Positions 26,802 through 38,212 of a stretch of DNA of 64,000 bases are shown here, piece after piece. The stretch's first letter is position 1; the number at the start of each line of letters is the position of its first letter. Made by a program: the position numbers and the translations under genes. This stretch comes from Antedon mediterranea (taxonomy: Eukaryota > Animalia > Echinodermata), in NCBI RefSeq assembly GCF_964355755.1, contig NC_092676.1:3325888-3389887 (forward strand). The letters run 5' to 3'. The notes below the pieces were generated by a model, which searched no databases, had not been told where the DNA came from, and was given only the letters and a program-made list of their open reading frames with translations.

Positions 26802-27104
26802 AAATATACTTGAAACTCTATATTTTTTCATGAAATCTTTTTTTTTTTTTTTTTTTTTTTGTACTGTAATTGATAACTTGTGTAATAGTATAAATAGTTT
26901 TGTAGTAAGTAACGGCCTTTTGAAAAACACCAATTTGGTGATTCAAGTGTTGCATCCGTTTTTAAATAAAGTTGTTATTATTATTATAGGCTAGGTCACT
27001 GCGTATTGTATATTGTTACATTATTTCTATCTATGTTCAGTATTATATACTTTCTTATTTACATACCACCTGTCTGGTATATAAGTACTCTAGGCGTTGT
27101 TTTC

Positions 27105-27145
27105 TGTTCTTCTGATGATGAGAATTGTTTCTCGAAACATTTCAC
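27105..27145 (+). ncRNA. Possible minimal hammerhead ribozyme motif (Penelope pseudo-LTR remnant)
   Basis: CTGATGA-T-GAGAA-ttgt-TTCTC-GAAACAT, downstream of a TATAAGT box. Stems I and III are degenerate. Confidence 0.4.
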
Positions 27146-27825
27146 ATTTTAAGGCAGTTTGCCTATTCGTTAAATGCCTCGCTATACTCATATTAACTCG
27201 TAAGTTCGGTGGAATCATTCATGATTTATCTATTATATAATATGATTGTATGATTACCGTTGTTTTGATAGTAGTAAATGAATTTAGAAATATCTCTTTA
27301 CTACACCAATCGGTATAAAATAAAACTGAGATAATAAGAATTTATTTATTTCAGTTAGTCTTATTTCTGAAGAAGCTGTGCGTGTGAAGTATACAACAAC
27401 AGTGTCAAGGTAAACCACCCAAGTATTTTCATTTCGATTGGTTTGTTAAAAATGTCTAAATTCCTAATCCGGAGGTAATGAAGTAAATAAACACTGTATG
27501 GGGCATCATTGTATTATCACTGGATAACATACCACACAATATAATAATAACACATATGAAACGATCTTCTAAAATAACTTTATAATCGGATAAACAATTA
27601 TTTCTATATGATTGGATATTGTATTGGGCACAAATGAAATCATATCGCGTGAGGCTTTAGTAATAATGTCTTTCAAAAGAATGCGTTAAAACATCAACTA
27701 TTCTTACATTGTAGTCATTACCATAAATGATTGGAATCTACAATAGTCCTAAACAATCTCAATTTTGGTAAGGAAGTTACTTTAAACCGATCAAAAGCAA
27801 TATTTGAGAATTGACATTCACAAGA

Positions 27826-29525
27826 ATGGCTCATTCTCAATATTGGACATTGCTGTTCTTCAAGTTTCTGATTATATTTCATATATCTCACTGTTGTCGT
27901 GCACAGTACTACAATTTTACAGAACATCCACAATCGGTTCTCGTGTGACGCTATCGTGTCAATGGACACCAGCATTGAATAACAACCATCTCGTAACATG
28001 GAAATACGATCGTGTTAATAGTCCTAAACGAATTGAAATTTCAGATACAAAATACGCATTAATGAACGAAGCAACATCTTCAAGCCTTTCCATTTCTAAT
28101 GTTGGCTCTGGTGACGTAGGCAACTACATTTGTGAGATCTTCGAATGTGATTCATACAACAGTGTCTCATCTTCTACATTTGCTTCTCTAGTATTAGGAG
28201 AATTGATATGTAATCCGGAGAATATTGTTGATATAGGAACAACGCTGATATGCTCCTTCACCTCTTCTGATAATTCATATATTATTAATTTACTATGGTA
28301 TAACAACGGAAAACAAATAACTTCGGGACAACAACAAAACAATGATTTAGAATCAACGGCTATGACTGCCGAAGACGAAGGAGGTGTATTTACTTGTAAA
28401 GCCACCATCGGATTTCAAAGTCAAGCGACAGGAACTTGTGAAACTACTCCACTAGTATTTCCAATAGATGCAGAGATTCAACAATCACCACCAGGTCCAC
28501 TTCAGGTTGGTGATAGCTTTAATCTTACCTGCGTAGGGAAAGGTAATCCAGAAAATTATAATTACGAATGGACGTGGAATAACAACCCAGTAGAATCTAT
28601 GACAGATAGTCGATTTGCAATTGGCAATATGGTTATTGTGAATACTGTATCAGGCAGTGACAATGGCAAAATGGTTTCTTGTACTATTAGTAGTGGTGGT
28701 TACAGAAGTATAGCGAGCTATACAATAAACATTTTGGATCAGACGTCGAGTACAACTACAAGTATGTCGACACCAGATAGGCCTACACGTACGCAAAAAC
28801 CAATTACGGCGGTCAGACTCACCATACCTGATGACCCGGATGACATTTCAACAACAGTAATGACTACACGTTTAAAGTCGACACTAGATACACGTACGCA
28901 AAAACCAATTACGGTCAGACTCACAACACATAATGTTCCGGATGACATTTCAACAGCAGCAATGACTACACCAGGTACACGTTTGCAAAAACCAATTACA
29001 CATCAACTCACAACACATAAAGTCTCGGAAGACGTTTCCGCAACAGTAGACCTAATGAATACACGTTTAAACACAACACCTGTTACTGTAACGCGTTCTA
29101 TTACAGAAATCCTAACGGTTGTAATTATCGTAGTTGCAATTTTACTCGTCGTTTCTTTGATAATAATAATAAGCCTATGTGTTTATTTGCAAAAAAGAAA
29201 AAAGAAAAACACAACTCCTTCAAATCGACTGTCAAATAATCTTGAGCACGTTTACTATGACATTACGTCATCTAGCGCACACGTGACCTCGACAGCCAGT
29301 AACACTAAGTATGATTATGTCATACACCCGTTCACACGAAATACGGAAGAATCCACTCCTGAGTACCTTGAATTGGACGATGGTTTCCAAGATGGCGCAC
29401 CAAAATCAGCAAGTAATACAGCCGCTGATTACGATGATGTTGCATCGGAACAAACAGATACTAATAACAAAGAGTACAAATACGAAAACGGTATGCTGCG
29501 GGATAAAGGTATCAGAGAGACATAA
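27826..29525 (+). pseudogene. Ig receptor copy 4, frameshifted near the start of the V domain
   Basis: ATG 27826 reads MAHSQYWTLLFFKFLIIFHISHCCRAQYYNFTEHPQSVLV*. A deletion at ~27945 shifts the frame; the rest (3 Ig, repeated stalk, TM, tail with VYYDI, YDYV, EYLEL, DYDDV, KYEN) is open in ORF 27804-29525. Confidence 0.85.
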
Positions 29526-29747
29526 CAAAATAAAGTACGCAACTATCAATTTTCTACGCATGTATTGGAACTACGATTACGTCACATTGGTGCGTACACG
29601 GCGTTGTTTGCTGATTAACGAGTCAATCGTGTACGAAAATTGTCTGATTTATATCTAAAGCAAACGTTAGAAGCATACAGTATGAAACTTAATCAAATAA
29701 ATCAATCATTGTATAGAAACAACTATCCCCACAGAGGTCTTGTTTAA

Positions 29748-31149
29748 AGTGGAGCTCCACCCAGAAAATTACTATATTTCATACATTTCAACTATTATTT
29801 AAAAATATCATCCCTTATACTTCATATTTTTTTGAAATTTTTTTCAATGAGTACGATTTTCTTGAAAATCACGCCTTTTTGCGTTTTGGGGGGATACCTT
29901 GTAATTTCCTATTCTTTTACATGCAAAAGGGGGGTATATTTGAATAATCCTAAAAAATTCATTTCTTCACCAAAAAAAAAATGTAAAATATGTATTTATG
30001 TAATTTTTCCAGATCTTTCTATTTCTGGTATTTTTATCACGTATACATTGCGCAATTTTGCGTAAATAGACACTTTCCCCCGTTCGGGTCCAATTGGGTT
30101 TTTTATTTTGCTAGGGAGTACGATCACGTGACATTTTTCACAATCACACTACTGCAGCTGGCGATCTGTTATTTTGTCACGATGTTATTTTTGACGGGCG
30201 AAAAGTATATTAAAACATTCTGAATGTGACCCTATTATGTTTCACAGTGTAATAATGTGATTATGAGACTATTACTAAAATGTCAAATTTAACGAGATTT
30301 GAGAAAGATGTGGCTATATATTCAATAAAGCTAGGCCTAGGCCTACTAGAGTGTAGGTATGTACCGATGCTGCTTAGAGTGGCTTGGCCTCAGGCGCTAG
30401 CTAGGCTAGGCTGACAGCAGTGAAGTTTGTTTTGCTGTCACCCGACCTTGGCCTACCCATGGGCCATGATAGGGTGCCTGAATAGTTTCTTTTCAGTCAG
30501 GTCTAAGCTTGCACATCGCTTTACTATTCTTTACTACTCTTTTTCTGTATAGGATTTTGTGTTTCACAATTCTTAATATGCGAGAAAACCCAGGAACGAT
30601 AAATGGGGCGAAACGACCATGCCTATGAATACATAGGCCTCTAGACAAAAATTCAAGGCTAGCTAGGCTGAGCAGACGGCTTAGCTAGGCCTAGCCCTAC
30701 CTAGCTTAAAGTTAAAAGCAATCTGATAAGATTATAATGCTGCTGTTGTACAGTGAAAATCATGAGGTTACATGTAAATTATACTGACATTCTTATCGGA
30801 AATATTACTTAGGCCTAAACAAATCGTATTAATTGTGTGTATAAAATTTATTCCCCATTTTTCGACACATAATTTACCAAAGGGAAGAAATTTCCACAAT
30901 GCGTTGACCAGCGACTAAAACGCGTCAGTCGCTAAGTGTAACGCGTTTCGCGACGTATTGTAAACTAATAACCCCTAAGTTACTGAAAAACTGTAATTTG
31001 TTAAAAAACACTATTTTCTGACCGATTTTTTAGAAATGAGTTTTTGGAAAATATTTCCGTATTTTTCCTGTTTTTTTTTTATGTAATCACTTTCAATTAA
31101 ACATACTTAAACATAATATAAGCTGAGAAAGTCTGAGTGTAGCTCCACT
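29748..31149. mobile_element. Non-autonomous TTAA-targeting DNA transposon (Kolobok-like)
   Basis: TTAA|agtggagctccacccaga ... tctgagtgtagctccact|TTAA. Confidence 0.8.
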
Positions 31150-31972
31150 TTAACATATAACATATCTGCCAAGATAAACAAGTAAATTGTAATTCTCATT
31201 ATAATGGACTGTAACATGGATCTAGTTTAAGTTTTAAAAAGGATATGCTTTTAAATAAATTGTTATATAATATTATAACATTTATTGTATATAAACCACT
31301 ACCACCACCATGGTCTAATATAAATCTAAATAAATAAGTGTACAGTTATATACATTTAAAATAGAATAAACTGTAGGCAGTTAGGCGTTATAGCAAAACA
31401 TTAATTAAGCTTGTATAGACGCAACAAAAGCGAGTTGACCAATGACAAGCGACAGTTCGAATAATACATTGCTTATGATTGATCAAATCGCTTACGTTGC
31501 TTTACGTCCTTGTGTTGCGTCTCTAGTGGGAACCACGCATTAGGGGAAAATGTACGCAATAGTAGTACAAAAATTATATATTATTTAAGGAAGCAATATA
31601 GATGAACAGGTTATGGTTAAATAACATAGTATAAAATGACTCTAAGTAACGAGAGGAAAGCCATGATTCAAAGTTGATATTTATTTGATCATCATCAGGA
31701 GTCGATGATCAAATAAAAATTGAAACGTTGAACCATGGTTTGCATCTCCTTATTATTTAAGGAAACAATAACACTAGATTATTAACGAGCAATACGACAA
31801 GAATAACACAGAAATTAGGAAGGCAGGAAGTTTTACGAAACTATTTTAAAATGTATTGGTTTATCAAGTTGTCCGGTATCGTGTTTTGTTTTCACTTTCA
31901 TGATGTTTCTAAGTGTACAATGAACGAATAAAATAATGCCAGTCAATTATCTATCAACATATTATTGGTTAA

Positions 31973-32374
31973 AGGCCCATTTACACTAGGACGATAACGA
32001 TCGGCGATAAATAGATAAGCATGCATTTTTTTTTTACATAAAACAAAAGAATTTAGAAAGGTTTTCGTTCTAGAATTATAGAATATTCATTTATGCTGTC
32101 TTTGATAAAAATAATATTTTAAAAAATCCAATCAAATGACGTCATGATCAATAAAACAAAAAAAAGTCGTTGTATTGTCACGATATTATTGCTCTTACTA
32201 ATCATGACGTTATTTGATTGGACATGTGAAAATATCATTTTCATCAAATTAAGCATAGATGGTTCCTAAATAGTTCTAGAATAAAAACTTTTTAGATTTC
32301 TTTTGTTTTATGTATGAACAATGCATATTTGTTTATTTATCGTCGATCTTTATCGTCCTAGTGTAAACGGGCCT
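31973..32374. mobile_element. Palindromic MITE, PIF/Harbinger-like (TAA TSD)
   Basis: aggcccatttacactaggacgataa ... ttatcgtcctagtgtaaacgggcct; the arms are complementary over nearly the whole length; TAA on both sides. Confidence 0.85.
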
Positions 32375-32377
32375 TAA

Positions 32378-32974
32378 AGCTCAGGTACAGGCATGAATTT
32401 TAAATATAATATCTGGTTAATTGTACATAAATCAAATATTTGTAACAGAAATCAAGACGAAAAAACATGAATTTCCCTTAATATAGTCAAATACAAAATT
32501 TGGCAAAATTCTGCCATAAAAACCAGGAAGACTTTTTTTCAGTAGTTAGGTAGTATAACCTAATGTAATAAAATTATCTGGTGACTCCCTAGAAAGTGAA
32601 ACAAGATGGTGGATATACGGTGGATAATTTTTGCTATAGCATGAAAATAAAAATCTGAAGTTGAATAAAAATACCAGAAATGTAAAATTCAAGTTATATT
32701 ACCTATATTTAGTCATCTGATAACATTTTTTACCACACCGTTTATTTTTCATAGCTTTTTAAAATGCCTCTCTATTTACAAAATTTGTGTTCAAAATAAT
32801 AGAGATTTTACTGTGTAATTTGAACTATCCCCCCACTGATAAGAAAGTGCTTATTTTCAATAAGCTCGTGTAACACAAATAAAATCCCAAAAAATTATGA
32901 AACATAGGGGAAACTATAGATCGATAATTATTGGAATGTATGATCAATAGAAATTGTTTGCCCGCACCTGGCCT
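32378..32974. mobile_element. TTAA-flanked non-autonomous element (Kolobok-like)
   Basis: agctcaggtacaggc ... gcccgcacctggcct|TTAA. The paralogous empty site (attattggTTAAgg) is visible on the minus strand at ~48095-48120. Confidence 0.7.
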
Positions 32975-33623
32975 TTAAGGAAAGGAATTATAATATATGT
33001 ACCCTAAATGATATAAGGAATACAAACTTACATTGGCTAAAAAGTTGTATGGTACACCCTAAACATTGGACTATGGTATTTTACAAAATTATGCTTGATT
33101 ACATTTAAGTATTATACACTTGTTAAAAACCACCGATATCGGTTATCGTTGCAAAAAGACAAATAACAAAGTCATCGTGTGAATGGGCACCAGAAGTTTA
33201 TGCAAACGATGTACTGAATTATGGTATAGATGGAGTGGTAAACAATTTATAAATTCAGAAACAAATTAAGTAAACATAAATCTATGTATATGTTTCCATC
33301 TAATTGTAGCCTTAGATTAATCTAGTTAAACTAAGTGTTCAATGCTTACAAAACAAAGGAGGGGCCAATGCGGGGTTGGGGGTTACACATTTACTGTCAT
33401 TACACCTAGAAGACAGACATTTAATCAGAAATTGTATATTTTCATAAAAAGAACTATATCTTTCTACATATATTTAAATCAATAGTATGTTGAAATTACT
33501 GTATTTGACAATGTGTAATTCTTATTCTTCTTCAGCAGTTATCAGGTATTCCTGTCGTGTGTGGCAGCAGATAGCAACTTACATAAAAAGAAACAGGAAT
33601 GATCCAACGTTTTAGTTCGAAGT

Positions 33624-33643
33624 TACTCTATAGGGGGCGGTAT
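33624..33643 (+). promoter_or_regulatory. Conserved upstream CTCF-like/GC-box motif (representative copy)
   Basis: actctatagggggcggtat; related copies at ~6746, 40428, 46100, 48554, 53214, 55852 and 63434 (+), and cgccctct at ~370, 3447 and 8782 (-). Confidence 0.55.
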
Positions 33644-33937
33644 GCATTATTACTAGTTTTACCTAAATAGAATGGAATATGTTAAAATAACTTTATACAG
33701 GTTACGTAGTTGATGCTAATATCACTTTAGCAGGAGTACGCTACAATACAGTACACAGTAATCAGAACGACTGTTACAGAGTATTACTTGTACCAACTTG
33801 TACAGCAATTATATAGTATAACAGGAATACAGTATCGTTAAATTGGTATACAAATCTGGACATTTTTTTTTTCGTATTATTTTGAATTTGATAAATAAGT
33901 AAATCAATCCCGGAACTTAACCGTCGCAGTGTTTATA

Positions 33938-35816
33938 ATGGCTCATCATCAATATTGTACATTGCTGTTGTACAAGTACCTGGTTATATTGTATAGTATA
34001 TTTCACTGTTGTTGTGCACAATCCTATACTTTTACAGAACATCCACAATCGGTTCTTGTTGCAGAAGGACAAACAGCAAATATATCGTGTGAATGGACAC
34101 CTAAATTGAATGAAACCCATCATGTTGCATGGAGATACTATCCTTTTAGTACAAGAACGGATCAAATAATTGAACGTTCAACGTCAAAATACATTTTCAG
34201 AAAAGGTACAACATTTTCAAATCTTTCCATTTTGAATGTTGATCCTAATGATGTAGGACACTACCGGTGTCGTATCTCCAAAGGTGATGTTGTATACATT
34301 TTTTCTGAATTTACTTATGTAGTGATAGGAGAGTTAACGTGTAGTCCAGAATATGATAATGGTGACATAGGAACAACGATGACATGTACTTATACTTCAT
34401 CTGATCCTGTATATATTATTGATTTACTATGGTATAAAGAGGGAAATGAAATTACTTCAGCAGCACAACGAAGTAATATCAAAGAATCAAGGACTTTGAC
34501 TAGTGAAGACGATGGAGCTGTATTTACTTGTAAAGCTATCCTCGGTTATCAAGTGATAGGAACTTGTGAAACTACTCCTCTAATATTGACTATAGATGCA
34601 GAGATTGAACAATCACCACCAGGTCCACTTCAGGCTGGGGATAGGTTTACCCTTACCTGTTCAGGGAAAGGTAATCCTGATTATTATGAATGGACGTGGA
34701 ATGGCAAACTTATAGGATCGTCGACAGATAAAAGGCGATTTGCAATAGGTAATGTGCTTACTGCGACGAGAGTATCAAGCAGTGCCAATGGCAGAATAGT
34801 TACTTGTACTATTAGCCGTAGTGGTCGTACCAGCAGTACAGCGAGGTTTACATTAAACGTGCTAGAGAACATTTCCAGTAGGCCTACTACTACACATTTT
34901 CAAACAACACCAACGCAACAGGTCGTTACAGACAAACTACTACCAACTACACGCTTACACACTACACGTTTACAGTCGACACGTACGCAACAAGTCGTTA
35001 CAGACAAACTACTGCCAACTACACGCTTACGCACTACACGTTTACAGTCGACACGTACGCAACAAGTCGTTAATGACAAACTACTACCAACTACACGCTT
35101 ACACACTACACGTTTACAGTCGACACGTACGCAACAAGTCGTTACAGACAAACTACTGCCAACTACACGCTTACCCACTACACGTTTACAATCGACACGT
35201 ACGCAACAAGTCGTTACAAACAAACTACTACCAACTACACGCATACACACTACACGTTTACACACTACACGTTTGCAGTCGACACGTACGCAACCATTCA
35301 TTAAAGACCAACTCTCAACTAATATCTCATCGGTTGACGAGCCCCCAACACTAATGGTTGTTATTAGTGTACTCGCAATTCTACTCGTAGTTTCTGTAAT
35401 AACAACGATATACATGTATTTGCAAAAAAAAAAACGTATCTAGAGACAACATAATTCCTTTAAATAGACCACCGAATAATATTGAACACAATTACGATTA
35501 CATTGTGTCTTCAGACACACAGATCAACACGACAGGCAAAGACACACACACGTATGATTATGCCATATATCCGTGTACACGAATCACAGAGAACATCAGT
35601 GCTGAATACATTGAAGTAGAAGACAGTTCCCATGAGGGCCCACAAAAACCAGAACAAAATATGACCGCAGTCGAGAACGATGATGTTTCCTTACAACCAA
35701 CGGATATTTGCAGCAAAGAGGCCATGTACGAAAATGGTAAATTGCGTATCAAAGGCATAGCAACTTCTGACAAGGTGACAATTAAGTACGAAAATATTAA
35801 AACATCTACGCGTTAG
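33938..35816 (+). pseudogene. Ig receptor copy 5 with an expanded mucin-like stalk and a +1 frameshift in a poly-A run after the TM
   Basis: ORF 33929-35443 has 3 Ig domains, stalk repeats and TM. A11 at 35424-35434 replaces the 10-nt A6-G-A3 of paralogs; tail class A continues to TAG at 35816. Confidence 0.8.
34913..35292 (+). repeat. Coding minisatellite, 72-bp unit (TQQVVTDKLLPTTRLHTTRLQSTR), about 5 copies
   Basis: Units start at 34913, 34985, 35057, 35129 and 35201. Copy 1 has a single unit. Confidence 0.92.
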
Positions 35817-36894
35817 AGAAGATCAGATGAGATAACTAAGATGACGTCACCTAGTTGTGCATGAGCTACTAATGATACAGACGTGTACGAAAATGTTAAA
35901 TTGTCACCGAGATTAAGAAGAGTTGGAATAAACATTTCATATAATCGCGAAGATGACGTCACCAAGGTGCATGTGAGTACAAACGACGTATACGAAAATG
36001 CATCGGTACGCACAAAAGCAGCGAAGTGTTCAGAAATAGAAGAAGAATAACAGAACCAAACGTACAGAATATTCACACAAAAACCAACGATGAAAAGTGC
36101 ACTAACGCATATTATCATATAGACTTGTTTATGAAGTGTTCAATACCTAAATTAGAGGTTTATACCAGGTATGATATATTTAGTATTAATGTTTTTATTA
36201 GTGAAAATGATAACTTTTAACATTTGCAAACTACTGTCCCCAACACGTACAGGGGTGTGACCTAAAAGTATTGTAAGACTAGTATGGGCCATGATACTTC
36301 CATGGTAAGAGAAATAGAAAAGTAGGCTAAATATATACGTTGAATTATTATAGCAGAGTATTAAAATATTTTAAATATTAAATAATTTTGTTTAAGGAAG
36401 TAAATCAAAAAATATTATATTATAAATAATCAACTCTGAGATTAACATTAACCAGGAAAGGGAAGGAAGGATATTAATAGGCATGTGTTTTGTAACTTTT
36501 AAAGGTTACTTTATTATTACTTGTATTAATTTTTAATGTAACCGAGTAAATTATGTAATTTATTGTTTTATGACATACAATACAGGAAATAAATTAAATT
36601 TGAAAAACAATTTTACTACAATAATTTTAGACTAGTTCAGACTTATGTTTTTATTTTACAGAGAATAAATAAATAGTATCAGATATCACAAATGTGTGAA
36701 GAAATACATTAAAAATATTATTTTATTCTCTCAGCTTGAGTGTACTACTTACAGTACGCTCATGTAAATATATATTTAATTGAATATGTATAAGTAATTG
36801 TTTCTGTAATTGATTATTATAAGAGAGCAGACAAATTAAACTTAATTTAAAGTTAATGTTTTCCAAATGTTATTGTACTTGTTTGTTGATTAAG

Positions 36895-37313
36895 GAACAA
36901 ATGAATGGAAGGGCACCAGTTGAGATCAACGTTAACGAGAATAAGAAAGAAAGTTGTAACCAAAAAAAAAATGAATATGACTGTGTAAAATCAGCAGACA
37001 ATCAAAACGATAAAATGACTGAAACAGACAGTGAAAATGAGTATGATTATGTGGAAACATCAAACATAGGCTCCATAGTAAAAGAAGGCACTGCAGAATA
37101 TATTGAGGGTGTTGATGACAACACTGATGCTGATTCCTTGACTGCCCTACTATAAACAGAAACTAATAGGGCTACTGTGGCTGAGTACAATGATGCTTCA
37201 ATACCACTAAACTAATTTCAATAAATACTAGAAAAATGATAAAGGTATCTGGACTTCGACGTATACGAAAACGCATCTGTACGCACAAAACCACTGAAGT
37301 CTGCAAGGAAATA
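36895..37313 (+). pseudogene. Orphan cytoplasmic-tail segment (EYDCV, EYDYV, EYIEG, EYND, VYEN)
   Basis: Homologous to the tail of copy 7 (50200-51183) and to 62257-62703. No ectodomain directly upstream; in-frame stops present. Confidence 0.7.
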
Positions 37314-37944
37314 GAAGAAGCAAAACAGAACGAAACGTAAGATCAAAAACAACAATGAAAACTGCACCAAACAATACATTACATTAAATACCTCTTTAAA
37401 AATATAAATATCTGCCATTTCAGTTTTCCAGGTATGATCTATTAAATTTGTTAAGTGAAATCTTTATCTTTCACTATTTCCAAAATACTGTTCCTATCCC
37501 GTAGATGAGTCTGACATATTTTCAGATACAAAAAAAAGCAATAATGACTAAATTATACGTTGAAATGTACAGTAATTAATTGGTCTGTTGTTTAAGAAAG
37601 TAAATTGAAATAAATTAGAGAGATTATTCAGTTATTTACACGTTACAAGTTTGTAATTTTGTGAATATGCATTTAATAAATAAATATAATCAGGTACTAC
37701 ACACGTTGGAAAAAAAGATATCTAATTCTTTGATAATTTTTTTTAAAGATAGAAAACAACTTTAACTTAATAAAGTTAATGAAGGAAAAACATTAAAAGT
37801 GAAACCATTAATTTGTTTTGTTATTGTTTTAACTCTAGATTTGACTTGACTTTCGGTTCAATGCTCAGTATAATGTTGCATTCACACGGAGACGGCGCCG
37901 TTCAATTCTTAATAGAATGTATCTATTATTTAACAAAAACTCAA

Positions 37945-38135
37945 ACTCTGTGAATCAATTTGCTTTGATTGTCCTCAGAAGTACGATCCTCACTCCTGAG
38001 GACGATCAAAGCATATTGATCGAAACGTCGAAAAACTCAACAGTTCTTTTCAGAACTAATATACGTGGTGTACCGAAAAATTTATATCAACATTTGATTT
38101 CGCCATGCAAACCTTCAAACAATACAATGCATTAA
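37945..38135 (+). mobile_element. Penelope-like pseudo-LTR fragment with a minimal hammerhead ribozyme motif (37996-38029)
   Basis: CTGAGGA-C-GATCAA-agcata-TTGATC-GAAACGTC: hammerhead core boxes, 6-bp stem II, palindromic ACGT stem III and GTC cleavage triplet. Confidence 0.6.
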
Positions 38136-38212
38136 GATATAAGAAGTTTTATAACTCGTGGACAACAATATCTAAATGCAAACTAAAAATAAAACCTTAA
38201 GAACGAATTTAT

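Larger units (their letters stand above)
13841..26987 (+). mobile_element. CR1/L2-group non-LTR retrotransposon (ORF1 and ORF2), interrupted by a Gypsy insertion and internally deleted
   Basis: ORF1 has SGNH esterase and CCHC motifs; ORF2 has APE and partial RT. The 3' end is aataaagttg(tta)n at ~26965-26987. The 5' boundary is approximate. Confidence 0.85.

Noticed and set aside
27804-27945. 573-aa ORF annotated as an intact gene
   Set aside because: Its first ~47 residues are the out-of-frame reading of the signal peptide; the true ATG frame stops at ~27948.
34913-35292. Regularly spaced repeats resembling a CRISPR array
   Set aside because: Tandem units have no unique spacers, lie in frame within a eukaryotic gene, and no cas genes are present.
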